A DNA stretch of 64,000 nt from Candidatus Saccharimonadota bacterium (GTDB lineage: Bacteria > Patescibacteriota > Saccharimonadia > Saccharimonadales > Saccharimonadaceae). The translations under genes and the position numbers were made by a program. Positions within the stretch are counted from its first letter, which is position 1. Every line of letters starts with the position of its first letter. The notes below the pieces were generated by a model that ran no database searches, was not told the DNA's origin, and saw nothing but the letters and a program-made list of their open reading frames with translations. The stretch lies in contig JAFWMR010000003.1 in assembly GCA_017513905.1 (NCBI GenBank), forward strand, positions 3,544 to 67,543. The letters run 5' to 3'. Below are positions 45,357 to 54,889 of the stretch, piece after piece.

Positions 45357-46688
45357 TCATATCTTTTCTTTTTTATCAAGATCGCCACCCTTAGCCTCGT
45401 TTTCCAGTCTCCTTAGCGTCCTCTTACTATTCACATAATAGAACACGCCCACAATTAATCCAGCTACGATAACTCCAGCAAGTACTATCTCCGCCGGCCC
45501 CGTACTCGGTAACTCTGTCGGCAAGCAACCATCACCATCGCGTGTAACTTCTATTCGTACTTTATCATGAGATGTCGCCACGCCAACCTCATCATTCCCA
45601 ACTGCTTTAGCGGCTACACTAGCCAAGTTATAAAGTACAGTCTTGCCACATTCAAATGTTGCGGCTTCACCAAGCTTCACCTTATAATATATTTCTACGG
45701 TTTCCCCAGGCTGGACTTCACCAATCTCTATACCGCCATTAAACAATCCGCCTCCATTTTCATCATGGATTATCCTTTCTGTTCCATTCATCTTAATACG
45801 GGTGCTACCAACAATATACTCCATCCCTTGACCATCTTCTAATGTATCAAAAGCAGTCACGGTTTGCGCTAAAGTCCCAGTATTTTTATAAGTAATCTTA
45901 AACTGAGCCTCTGTTCCAGGCTCCATCTCTATATCATCTAACCAAGTTTCACCATCATCTTTGCTAATTTTCTTATCCATTTCAAAGGTCGAGCTAGGCT
46001 CGATCACCGCAGTTGCTCTTATCTGAAATACGACATGTCCTGAATATTCATCACAGCCATACACCACACCGTTTAGCGTATTATAACCGAGAAGCGCGCC
46101 GTCACTAGAAAACAAATCGTTCGACGATAACACCGTCCCGCTTGCCTGCCCTAAATTATATAGTTTGGCACTATCAGAAATATACGCCAATGTCACATCT
46201 TCATCAGCGGAAATAGTTGCTTCATCCCAAACTTTCTCAACCAATGTTCGATCGGCCGAAATAATCGCAGCAACTTCTCCACTCTCACCAGCCTTCAGAC
46301 CCTGCGGGAACGTCGCAGACAATCGTACATTCCTAGCTACACCTCTGTAACTTTCTTCTACTTTATTATACGTCGCACTCGCATTATTGTGATAATAAAT
46401 GTATACCTCGTAATCGTGCCCAGGACGTATCTTCAAATCACTCACATAGTCATCCTTTTGACCATCGCTACGTACCTCAACTATGCGTACAAAATCGCGC
46501 TCATCACCAACGGCAGCATTGTCAATAATAGAATTGAATACTGCTTGTTCCGCAGGATTAGAATTCGTATATGTATCACGTTCTGGCCCCCAAGCGCTCA
46601 CATTCTTCGTAAAACCCAACACCCCCAGAGTAAACATTACAAATGCACTAATAAAAATTTTCTTTTTTGAGCTCTTCTTATTTTCCAT
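45357..46688 (-). CDS. secreted LPXTG-anchored surface protein
   Basis: N-terminal signal peptide, then a C-terminal LPSTG motif, a hydrophobic helix and a basic tail. AAGGAGG SD. Confidence 0.8.
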   Translation of the reverse strand: MENKKSSKKKIFISAFVMFTLGVLGFTKNVSAWGPERDTYTNSNPAEQAVFNSIIDNAAVGDERDFVRIVEVRSDGQKDDYVSDLKIRPGHDYEVYIYYHNNASATYNKVEESYRGVARNVRLSATFPQGLKAGESGEVAAIISADRTLVEKVWDEATISADEDVTLAYISDSAKLYNLGQASGTVLSSNDLFSSDGALLGYNTLNGVVYGCDEYSGHVVFQIRATAVIEPSSTFEMDKKISKDDGETWLDDIEMEPGTEAQFKITYKNTGTLAQTVTAFDTLEDGQGMEYIVGSTRIKMNGTERIIHDENGGGLFNGGIEIGEVQPGETVEIYYKVKLGEAATFECGKTVLYNLASVAAKAVGNDEVGVATSHDKVRIEVTRDGDGCLPTELPSTGPAEIVLAGVIVAGLIVGVFYYVNSKRTLRRLENEAKGGDLDKKEKI

Positions 46689-46689
46689 T

Positions 46690-48654
46690 CTATTGTCCTC
46701 CTTGTAAGTCTTGCATCATTTGTGCTAATTCTTCATCGGTAAACTCATTCCCTGGTGGCGGCGTTGGAGCTGTAGTTGTCTCAGGTGTTGGCGCCGTCGA
46801 TGGACGTGGATCTGTCTCTTGTGGTTTACCCCCTATTACTGGTTCTCCAGTCACATCACCAGTTTGTTCAGTTTTTGTTATCTGACCCTCATTCTCACCT
46901 GCTTCAGCACCGGCAACCTCGCCTTCCTCGCTCTTTGGTATTTTAGTCGGTTCAGGTGTCTTTGTTGGCTCAGGTGTTTTAGTTGGCTCAGGTGTCTTTG
47001 TTGGTTCAGGTGTCTTTGTTGGCTCAGGTGTTTTAGTTGGCTCAGGTGTCATTGTTGGCTTCTCAGTCGGGGTTGCAGTTGGTTGAGGCGTATTTGTTGG
47101 CTTCTCAGTTGGGGTTGCAGTTGGTTGAGGCGTATTTGTTGGCTTCTCAGTTGGGGTTGCAGTTGGTTGAGGCGTATTTGTTGGCTTCTCAGTTGGGGCC
47201 TCAGTAGCCTTTACCGGCACACTGCCTTCACGATACCAGATTTCTCCACCAGTACTTATACAAATACCTGGGTCACCATATCCTCCCTCGCTATACGCCC
47301 TTGCCGACTTTTGTTTATTTGCCCTATGTCGGCCAGTAGTCGTTCCTAAGACATTCTTACCGCCACGTGTAATCTTTATAAACCTAAGGTTCCTACTGCT
47401 GTCTATGCGACCATACGCCATATACTCTTTGTTATCTCTATCAGTCTCTCTTCCATTCGTCCTCAGTACATATCCAGTCCTCTCCACTATCGTTGAATCA
47501 CTAAGTCGTGCATTTAACTCATCAATTACTGGTTGGACTTCTTCTTTATATTCAGAGAATTCCATATCGGCAAGCTTTTTGGCGTATTCATATTGCGCCT
47601 CATCGGAATCAAAACTTTTCAAACCAAGAGCAGTAGCATAGTCCGCGGCAATTTCCGGCTGCGAAGCAATCACTCGTTGTAACCTCTCAAGTTCTTCTGT
47701 CAACGTTTCACCTTCAAGCTCAACTCCAAACGCGTCTGGCCTCTCTTTTTCCTCTTCATGATCGTAATAAGTTCTTTCTGTTCCACGTAGATCTTCTGTC
47801 ATTTCATAATGTTCAAACAAAATTTCTTCGCCTTCTTTATTATAAGCTCGCGTATATTCTACTACTCTCTCTTCTTCCACAGTTCTTTCTTCTTGTTGTT
47901 GACCAGATTCATTAGCTTTCCCAGTGGAATCAACATCCAATGATTCAGCCGGTGCGGCTTCTTCCGCAACTACAGATTCTGCTGGCGCCCCACCATCATC
48001 ATCAAGATCTATCACCTCAGATTCTTCTTCAGTAGCTTCAACCACTGCTTCTACAGGAGAAGGACTGGCAACCACTGTTTCTACGCCAGATACGCTTTCG
48101 TCACGTATCATCGTCCCATCCTGCAATACCAATCCATCCGCTGATGCGGCATACGTCTCCGGTGCAGCTGTTTCAATCTTGACTCCAGAGTTAGCAGCCC
48201 TAGCAGCTGCAGCCGCCATGGCTGCATCATCTTCTTCACCCCCGCTAGTACCAACTGGCATAGCTAGCTTTATCATCAATAACGCTAATGCTGTGCTTTT
48301 CTTTCCTAAATTAGAAAGACGTTCACGCCTTTCCAGTCGGCCACGTTCAACTCTACCCATCGGTCGGCTAGCATTCTCCTCTCGTCTACGTTGATCAATC
48401 TCAGGTCTCTCTCTAAGTATGTCCACATCGGCTTCCGGCATCTCTGGTCTAACCCTCGGCGGTCTTTCAAATTCTTCCTCACCACCCGCAGCAGCTACAA
48501 AACGTCTCACTCTAGCAGCATACCTCTGCGCCTGTTGAGGAGAAATACGTCTTGCATTGTTGTTCTCTTCGTCGCTCGGAACACTTTCGTAATCGCTAAA
48601 ACCTCCGTTCACTCTTGGGCTTCTAGCCTCATGTCTACCTCGATATTCTTCCAT
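46690..48654 (-). CDS. large hypothetical protein with an acidic region and Pro/Thr-rich tandem repeats
   Basis: TPEPTK occurs six times and TEKPTNTPQPTATP three times. The stop and start codons abut both neighbouring genes. Confidence 0.7.
   Translation of the reverse strand: MEEYRGRHEARSPRVNGGFSDYESVPSDEENNNARRISPQQAQRYAARVRRFVAAAGGEEEFERPPRVRPEMPEADVDILRERPEIDQRRREENASRPMGRVERGRLERRERLSNLGKKSTALALLMIKLAMPVGTSGGEEDDAAMAAAAARAANSGVKIETAAPETYAASADGLVLQDGTMIRDESVSGVETVVASPSPVEAVVEATEEESEVIDLDDDGGAPAESVVAEEAAPAESLDVDSTGKANESGQQQEERTVEEERVVEYTRAYNKEGEEILFEHYEMTEDLRGTERTYYDHEEEKERPDAFGVELEGETLTEELERLQRVIASQPEIAADYATALGLKSFDSDEAQYEYAKKLADMEFSEYKEEVQPVIDELNARLSDSTIVERTGYVLRTNGRETDRDNKEYMAYGRIDSSRNLRFIKITRGGKNVLGTTTGRHRANKQKSARAYSEGGYGDPGICISTGGEIWYREGSVPVKATEAPTEKPTNTPQPTATPTEKPTNTPQPTATPTEKPTNTPQPTATPTEKPTMTPEPTKTPEPTKTPEPTKTPEPTKTPEPTKTPEPTKIPKSEEGEVAGAEAGENEGQITKTEQTGDVTGEPVIGGKPQETDPRPSTAPTPETTTAPTPPPGNEFTDEELAQMMQDLQGGQ
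46949..47056. repeat. 18-nt tandem repeat x6 (encodes TPEPTK on the minus strand)
   Basis: ggYtcaggtgtYtttgtt-type units read directly from the sequence. Confidence 0.9.
47057..47204. repeat. 42-nt tandem repeat x3.5 (encodes TEKPTNTPQPTATP)
   Basis: ggcttctcagt(c/t)ggggttgcagttggttgaggcgtatttgtt repeated at 47057, 47099 and 47141, with a partial fourth copy. Confidence 0.9.
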
Positions 48655-48655
48655 T

Positions 48656-49030
48656 TTATTCTCCTTCCTCTGCCTCTCTTATTAATGCTTCTTCTGTCTC
48701 CACATTCTCCGCGCCAAGATATTCCCGCTCTACTTCCCTAAACACCTTGTCAACAATACTTTTCGGACTAATACCTTCCGTAAACAAAACTGAATTCCAC
48801 TTATCTAACGGAAAATCACCATCATCCGTCGTAGCTTCATCCAGCTCCTCCAAGCTGTCGTCAGGCAAAGCATCAAGTATCTCATCAAAAACGCGCTTTG
48901 TAATCATTTCTTCGAGGCGCTTCTGTTCGGCCTCCCGCTGGTCCATCGGAACTTTATTCCGTTCAATCAAGCTGTTGACAAATTCGACAACTTTTTGCCT
49001 TCCCTCTTCAATTTTGTTGTTTATTTTCAT
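48656..49030 (-). CDS. hypothetical acidic protein (124 aa), first gene of the surface-protein operon
   Basis: GGGAGA SD. Its stop lies 1 nt from the start of the next gene. Confidence 0.6.
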   Translation of the reverse strand: MKINNKIEEGRQKVVEFVNSLIERNKVPMDQREAEQKRLEEMITKRVFDEILDALPDDSLEELDEATTDDGDFPLDKWNSVLFTEGISPKSIVDKVFREVEREYLGAENVETEEALIREAEEGE

Positions 49031-49086
49031 TATTATTCTCCCTACTTTACTTTACTTTACCATAACAGGAATAGAATTTCAACATC

Positions 49087-49120
49087 AAAAAAAATGACCC
49101 CCTTACGAGGGTCATTTTAT
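49087..49120 (-). terminator. rho-independent terminator of the 49193..49588 gene
   Basis: On the minus strand: ATGACCC..GGGTCAT followed by T8. Confidence 0.75.
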
Positions 49121-49192
49121 TTTCCTTATACTCTACCTTCTTTCCTAAATAAACTACTTCAGCTCTAATCTAATATCTTATTTTACATTGGA

Positions 49193-49588
49193 TTATGCTG
49201 CCCTTTCATATTCAGCATCTCTGTGAGACGATCTTAGGATTTTTAAAGTTTTCCTACCATTCTCTTGTAGAAAGGACCGGTCAAAAGCATCAATTAGGTT
49301 CTCTGCTTCTTCGCTCACGATGAGCTTCGACTTATAACCTCGCTCGTTTTTATACGGCTCAAACTTAAAGCTGATTGCTTCCTTTTTTTCTTCAGCTTCG
49401 TCGACTACATCGTCTCGCCAATTTGCATTGTGAACCAAGCTGATTGCTTCCTTTTCTTCTTCAGCTTCGTCGGCTACATCGTCTCGCCAATTTGCGTTGT
49501 AGACCTCACTAGGCAAACTGAGCTCTTCATCGGGGACTTCATCTTCCCCTTCTCTCCTTTCTGTTATGTTGATATTTCTTTCACTCAT
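49193..49588 (-). CDS. hypothetical acidic protein (131 aa) with an internal 23-aa duplication
   Basis: The units VYNANWRDDVADEAEEEKEAIS and VHNANWRDDVVDEAEEKKEAIS. Confidence 0.55.
   Translation of the reverse strand: MSERNINITERREGEDEVPDEELSLPSEVYNANWRDDVADEAEEEKEAISLVHNANWRDDVVDEAEEKKEAISFKFEPYKNERGYKSKLIVSEEAENLIDAFDRSFLQENGRKTLKILRSSHRDAEYERAA
49370..49507. repeat. 69-nt tandem duplication (x2)
   Basis: The units start at 49370 and 49439 and are about 90% identical. Confidence 0.85.
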
Positions 49589-49794
49589 TTTTTGCCTTTT
49601 TGTTTTTATTATTTTTTATTTTTGTTTGCTAGGATTTTTATTTTATTTCCTAACTGATTTTTAGTCTAGCATACTTAATCGATTTTGTCAATACTTCTTA
49701 TGCTTTATTTTTCAAAAAAGTCAAATCAACAGGGGCAATAGAGTACGGGTTTTACTTGCTTTACTTCCCATTCTTATTATGCTAAGATAAAAAC

Positions 49795-51012
49795 ATGGAT
49801 GAAACCGTTAGATATGCCGTAGGGCTTGATATAGGAACAGAAAATGTAAGAGCGGTCGTTGCTAGTGTCTCCAAAGATGGCAAAGTTTCCGTCGTTGGCT
49901 ACAACGAAGCCAAAAATGCCGGTATGCGTAAGGGCATATTGGCTAATCTTGCAGGACCAGCAGACGCCGTTGATCGCATGCTCGGTGAAGTTGAACGTAT
50001 GTCCGGTTACGAGATACACTCTGCAGTAGTCTCAATTAATGGCTCCCAGATCCTAACTACTAAAACTGAAGGTATGATTGCCGTAGGTACACAAGAACAT
50101 GAAATCAATGAAGAAGATCTCTACCGAGTCGAGGACGTCGCCGTTACTGGTCGCATCCCCGCCAATCGAGAAATCCTCGATGTTATTCCCTTCGGTTACT
50201 CCATAGACGGTGGCGAAGCAGTCCGTGACCCATTAGGTATGACCGGTGCTCGCCTAGAGATGAAAGCTAGCGTTATTTCCGCTTTGCAGCCTAATTGTGA
50301 TAATCTCCGCCGCTCTCTAGAAGGCGCCAAAGTCTCCGTTGAGCGCCTAATCCCCTCAGTCGTTGCATCTGCCCGCGCAGTTTTGAACGAACGCCAAAAA
50401 GAAAATGGTGTCGCCATCATCGATCTCGGTGCCGCCACCACGTCTGTTGCAATATATGAAGAAGGTGACTTACAATATGTCGGTGTCGTCCCAGCTGGGT
50501 CAAACAACATCACAAACGATCTAGCAATCTGCCTTGAAATCAACACGGAAGTAGCCGAAGAAATCAAAAAACGCCACATTACCGGTGCTTTCTCAAGCGA
50601 CAAAGATATTACTCTGAAAATTAATCGCGAAGAGTTCACTTTCGAACGCGAACGCGTCAACGAAGTGGTAAAAGCGCGTCTTGCCGAAATTTTCGACAAG
50701 ATCAAAAAGGAGCTTCGTAACGCTGGTTATGAAAAACGTCTCCCAGAAGGTGCCGTACTGGTAGGCGGTGGCGCTAAAATGCGTGATCTTGAAATCTATG
50801 CCAAAGAAGCGCTCGAGATGAGTGTACGTATCGGCTCACCCAAAGACCTTAGCGGTGTAGGCACATCTATCGAAAAGCCAGAATACTCTGCCGCAATCGG
50901 CCTCATGCTCCTTGCAGTCGAAAACGAGGGACGTATGCCTTCATCATCATCCAAAAAACCCAAAGGATCCGGCGGATTTTTAAAAAATTTATTCAGAAAA
51001 TTCAAACTATAA
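49795..51012 (+). CDS. ftsA: cell-division protein FtsA (no adjacent ftsZ)
   Basis: Actin-like ATPase motifs GLDIGTENVR, DLGAATTSV and LVGGGAKM. Confidence 0.9.
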   Translation: MDETVRYAVGLDIGTENVRAVVASVSKDGKVSVVGYNEAKNAGMRKGILANLAGPADAVDRMLGEVERMSGYEIHSAVVSINGSQILTTKTEGMIAVGTQEHEINEEDLYRVEDVAVTGRIPANREILDVIPFGYSIDGGEAVRDPLGMTGARLEMKASVISALQPNCDNLRRSLEGAKVSVERLIPSVVASARAVLNERQKENGVAIIDLGAATTSVAIYEEGDLQYVGVVPAGSNNITNDLAICLEINTEVAEEIKKRHITGAFSSDKDITLKINREEFTFERERVNEVVKARLAEIFDKIKKELRNAGYEKRLPEGAVLVGGGAKMRDLEIYAKEALEMSVRIGSPKDLSGVGTSIEKPEYSAAIGLMLLAVENEGRMPSSSSKKPKGSGGFLKNLFRKFKL

Positions 51013-51058
51013 TTCCCCGTTTTAGTCTGCATACTCTGCATTTTTTTGTTCAGCATTC

Positions 51059-51811
51059 TTAATCTGGAAGCGTCAAAACTTCGTACCCATCTTCAGTAAC
51101 TAGAATCGTATGTTCGCAATGGCAGCCAATACTGCCATCTTTAAGTTTAGCAGTCCAACCATCATTCTTATCAACATAATTCCTAGGTTTACCTAAACAG
51201 CTCATAGGTTCAATACAGATTGTATCACCAGCCTTTAGCTTATAGCCATGCCCCTTTTTGCCATAATTCGGCACATCTGGAGCCTCATGCATACCCTTAC
51301 CAATTCCATGCCCTACATAGTTCTCGATAACTCCTAATTTACCAGCGCGAAGCACTTTTTCAACCGCCGCGCCGATATCGCCAAGATGCACCCCAGGCTT
51401 TACCAATTCTATGCCCGCCCACATGGCAGACTCTGTCACGGATATCATTTTCTTCACAGCAGGACTGCCTTTATCTCCAACGATCATCGTAAAAGCCGAA
51501 TCTGTAAAGTATCCTTTATAATAAATATCCAAATCAAACGATACCTTATCACCAACTTCAAACGGTTCGTCATTTGGCGCGCCATGGACCAATGCGTCAT
51601 TTACGGATATACATATAGCCCCCGGAAACTTCTCATTCTTGGGAAGCATGTCATACGCTACCCCAGCGCCTCGTCTCATGATTTCGCTTCTCACCCAAGC
51701 ATCCACCTCTGTGCCAGTCATCCCCGGTTTAACATAAGCTTTCAAATCACGAAGCAAATTCCCAAGAATCTTCCCGCCAGCTCTCATTGCGCTATTTTTT
51801 TGTTCATCCAT
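51059..51811 (-). CDS. map: type I methionine aminopeptidase
   Basis: Metal-ligand pattern D..D..H..E..E within typical MetAP blocks (VHGAP, YVGHGIG, CIEP, CHCEHT). Confidence 0.9.
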   Translation of the reverse strand: MDEQKNSAMRAGGKILGNLLRDLKAYVKPGMTGTEVDAWVRSEIMRRGAGVAYDMLPKNEKFPGAICISVNDALVHGAPNDEPFEVGDKVSFDLDIYYKGYFTDSAFTMIVGDKGSPAVKKMISVTESAMWAGIELVKPGVHLGDIGAAVEKVLRAGKLGVIENYVGHGIGKGMHEAPDVPNYGKKGHGYKLKAGDTICIEPMSCLGKPRNYVDKNDGWTAKLKDGSIGCHCEHTILVTEDGYEVLTLPD

Positions 51812-51865
51812 AATAAATCCATATTATATACTAATCATAAATATTGTTCAACCAAAACCAATGTT

Positions 51866-52453
51866 TTATACAGTACGCTTCGCACGACGCATTACGCGTT
51901 GCCTCTGCGCTCTCCGCGTTGATATTACCTTTCCACGAAACAGTTCCCTCTCTAACCGCTTCGTGACCATTTCGATACTGCCTACGCCAGAAACACTTTT
52001 CACTTTTATTTTTTTCTTTTCAAGTTCACGCAAAATTCCTTTTAAATTTTTTTCAACAACTTCAAACCTTCTTTCCACGGCCTCTCTAGTATCGTCTTCT
52101 CTGCCCCTAGCCATAATTCTGACTAGTAGCTCATCTTTAGGAACATCTAAGATAATTGCCTTCTTTACGTCACCCATCAAATCGTCCGATATCATCTTGG
52201 CTTGAGCTACATCTCTAGGAAATCCATCAAGTATAATATCTTTACCTCTTTTTCGTATCTCCTGGATTTTATTATTCATAATCTCGACGACTTCTTTATC
52301 GTCAACCAATTCTCCCTTCTCGAGAATTTTATCGAATTTACCAGTATCACGAAGGACTTGTCCTACCGAAAGCCATACTAGCCCATATTTCTTTGCCAAT
52401 ATTTGGCCTTGTGTACTCTTACCACTCCCCGCCAACCCAAATAATATAATCAT
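51866..52453 (-). CDS. adk: adenylate kinase-like nucleotide kinase (short lid) with an Arg-rich C-terminal tail
   Basis: P-loop GLAGSGKSTQ, plus DGFPR and ARGREDD. Confidence 0.75.
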   Translation of the reverse strand: MIILFGLAGSGKSTQGQILAKKYGLVWLSVGQVLRDTGKFDKILEKGELVDDKEVVEIMNNKIQEIRKRGKDIILDGFPRDVAQAKMISDDLMGDVKKAIILDVPKDELLVRIMARGREDDTREAVERRFEVVEKNLKGILRELEKKKIKVKSVSGVGSIEMVTKRLERELFRGKVISTRRAQRQRVMRRAKRTV

Positions 52454-52514
52454 AAGCTTATTATAGCATATATTTTAAAGTCAAACAGAATATTACTACT
52501 GATAGATAGGTCGA

Positions 52515-52537
52515 CAAAAAATCGCCCGGAGGCGATT
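52515..52537 (-). terminator. rho-independent terminator of rpsU
   Basis: On the minus strand: AATCGCC-tccg-GGCGATT followed by TTTTT. Confidence 0.75.
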
Positions 52538-52545
52538 TTGTATCT

Positions 52546-52764
52546 TTAGCGAAGTCCTAACTTGATTTTCTCTGTCTTCTCTGCCTTACGAGCCTCACGA
52601 AGAATAGCCTTAACTCTACGCTCACGCTTCGAAATCGGTTTAGAAAAGCGAAGTTGTGCCTTTGCCTGTGGCATTATGCCACTCTGAAGAACCTTACGGT
52701 TGAAACGACGAATAATATTCTCATTCGCTTCAGACTGATCTTTTCTAGTAACTTTAATTGCCAT
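52546..52764 (-). CDS. rpsU: 30S ribosomal protein S21
   Basis: MAIKVTRKDQSEANENIIRRFNRKVLQSG... The start is taken at the ATG at 52764. Confidence 0.85.
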   Translation of the reverse strand: MAIKVTRKDQSEANENIIRRFNRKVLQSGIMPQAKAQLRFSKPISKRERRVKAILREARKAEKTEKIKLGLR

Positions 52765-52796
52765 ATTACCCAATATTATACCAAATTTTCCCCAGT

Positions 52797-54443
52797 TTAA
52801 CAACCCCTCAAATCCATTATTCTCCCCTCAACACTTCTTAGTCCATTCCATTCATTTTCTCCTACCTGAACCAAAATATCCATTCTGTTACCGCTCTCTA
52901 CTTTACGCCAACTCTCTGGCGCATAAAAAGCCATTAGTTTCATAGTCTTCCCATCGTCACCCCTAACCAAAAGCCGCAAGTGCTGATTCTCCGCTCCCAA
53001 AAGTCTCTTATCTAGAATAAACACATCTTTGAGCTCGAATATCGGCATTTCATTCCCTACTCCAAAAGGTTCCAGCTGCTTCAGCTCCTCCAAAAAATCA
53101 AGCGTAAACTCGCCAAGTTCATCTGTCTCTAAATCTGCCTGCATGGTCAGAAATCGCTCTTGGTCACTAAGTCCCAATGAACGATAGTAGTCATTTACCC
53201 GCTCGCGAAATAGATCTATTTTTCTTTCGTTTATCTTCACACCTGCGGCACCAGCATGTCCACCACCAGCAACAGTTACCCCCTCGCACGCCTTCAAAGC
53301 ATCCGCCAAGCTAAAGTCTCCAAAACTACGCCCAGAACCCTTCAAGAGCCCATCCCCCGCTCTGGAAAATACAAAAACTGGGCGTCTATATTCTTCTACT
53401 AACTTACCAGCTACAATTCCAAGTACACCCTCATGCCATTCGCCCACAATCACCAGCACAGGATCTTCAGATACACCTTGTTCCCTAATTTCATGCATTG
53501 CCACAACTTGTTGACCTTTTCGCTCGGCATTAAGTTTCTCCAAGTCTTCTGCCAACTTAGCCCCCTCAACCTTACTGCTTGTCTGTAGCAACCTCAATGC
53601 TACATCCGCATTGGCCATACGCCCAGCCGCATTTAGCCTCGGTCCTATCTGGAAACCAACCGTTTCAGCCGTAATTTCATTAGTCCTCGACCTACTCATT
53701 AGCTCCTTTAGTCCCACCCGGCGCGTCTTCTTCAATACCTTAACGCCATAAAAACAAAGAATCCTATTCACAATGCTCATCTGCATGCTGTCACAAACGG
53801 TCCCAATCAACACAAGATCCAGCAGCCACTTTTCTTGTCCTGCCGAAACCATGCCATCTTCCACCATTGCTCTCGCTACCATAAAAGCCACTCCTACTCC
53901 AGCGAGATCTCTCATTTTCATTAGCTCATCAATATGGTCATCAAACTCTGGAACACATAACTGAATATCACGTCTCTTTGGATTAACAACGGCTACAGCC
54001 GCCGGCAACTCCATCGTACATTCATGGTGATCTGTCACAATAGTATCTACCCCAACAATCTTTAATTTCTTCACTATCTCCTTATTTCCGCTTCCACAAT
54101 CAACAGTGATTACTAGCTTAGCGCCACTTTTCTTAGCGCATTCAATTACTTTTTCGCTCATTCCGTATCCATCTTTAAATCTATCAGGAAGTACCGTCTC
54201 TACAACATCACCACCAGCCAACCTTAACACCTCACCCATCGCCGTACTCGCCGTCACTCCATCAGCATCATAATCGCCATATATTATTATCTTTTCATTA
54301 TTACCTATTGCTACTTTAATCCTTTCTATTGCCTTTTTCATATCCGGAAGCAACCATGGGCTCGGAAGATTTTCATATTTTGGATTCAAAAAATCCTTAG
54401 AAAATCCCCTCTTCTTGATCAATTCCTCAAATAATCTACTCAT
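52797..54443 (-). CDS. recJ: single-stranded-DNA-specific exonuclease RecJ
   Basis: DHH motifs (GDYDADGVTA, VTDHHE) and a DHHA1 domain. The start is taken at ATG 54443 (MSRLFEEL) and is uncertain; the ORF track gives 54473. Confidence 0.85.
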   Translation of the reverse strand: MSRLFEELIKKRGFSKDFLNPKYENLPSPWLLPDMKKAIERIKVAIGNNEKIIIYGDYDADGVTASTAMGEVLRLAGGDVVETVLPDRFKDGYGMSEKVIECAKKSGAKLVITVDCGSGNKEIVKKLKIVGVDTIVTDHHECTMELPAAVAVVNPKRRDIQLCVPEFDDHIDELMKMRDLAGVGVAFMVARAMVEDGMVSAGQEKWLLDLVLIGTVCDSMQMSIVNRILCFYGVKVLKKTRRVGLKELMSRSRTNEITAETVGFQIGPRLNAAGRMANADVALRLLQTSSKVEGAKLAEDLEKLNAERKGQQVVAMHEIREQGVSEDPVLVIVGEWHEGVLGIVAGKLVEEYRRPVFVFSRAGDGLLKGSGRSFGDFSLADALKACEGVTVAGGGHAGAAGVKINERKIDLFRERVNDYYRSLGLSDQERFLTMQADLETDELGEFTLDFLEELKQLEPFGVGNEMPIFELKDVFILDKRLLGAENQHLRLLVRGDDGKTMKLMAFYAPESWRKVESGNRMDILVQVGENEWNGLRSVEGRIMDLRGC

Positions 54444-54494
54444 AACAGCATGACCACAAGCATAATATAGCACTAAAATACAGGCAGCTAACCT

Positions 54495-54794
54495 TTAGCC
54501 GATAGTTTTATTCGGCTTATTATTTGCCGACATCTGTTGACTTTTAATAACCATACTTTGAAGTTCCTTGAGGACTGGAAATTGTTTGTTTGTCTGATAA
54601 ATTTTCGTATTCCCCTTCTTAGTCATAATCAAAAACTTACCCTTTTCCAATCTATTTAGTTCTCGTTGAATATTCCCAGGATCTTCCTTGATTAGTTTTG
54701 CCAATCCCCTAACGTGCGTCTTAAAATCCGGATATTTCGCAAATACCACCAAAATCTTCCGTCGCACTCTCGAAGTTATGAATACATCTAGCAT
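54495..54794 (-). CDS. small winged-helix (ArsR-like) transcriptional regulator
   Basis: RRKILVVFAKYPD...HVRGLAKLIKEDPGNIQRELNRLEKGKFL. The ATG at 54794 has a GAGAGG SD. The ORF-track start at 54821 is a TTG. Confidence 0.65.
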   Translation of the reverse strand: MLDVFITSRVRRKILVVFAKYPDFKTHVRGLAKLIKEDPGNIQRELNRLEKGKFLIMTKKGNTKIYQTNKQFPVLKELQSMVIKSQQMSANNKPNKTIG

Positions 54795-54889
54795 TGCTTC
54801 TCTACCTCTCTCATACTCCAACCATTATAGACTAGGAATGTTTTTTTTACAATACCGCACTACCCTATTTTTAATGCTATACTATAACT

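Noticed and set aside
46819-47349. Regularly spaced repeats that could superficially look like a CRISPR array, and a 176-aa Cys/Trp-rich plus-strand ORF
   Set aside because: The units are contiguous, with no unique spacers. They are in frame with the 654-aa minus-strand protein (TPEPTK and TEKPTNTPQPTATP). The plus-strand ORF is the antisense shadow of that repeat.
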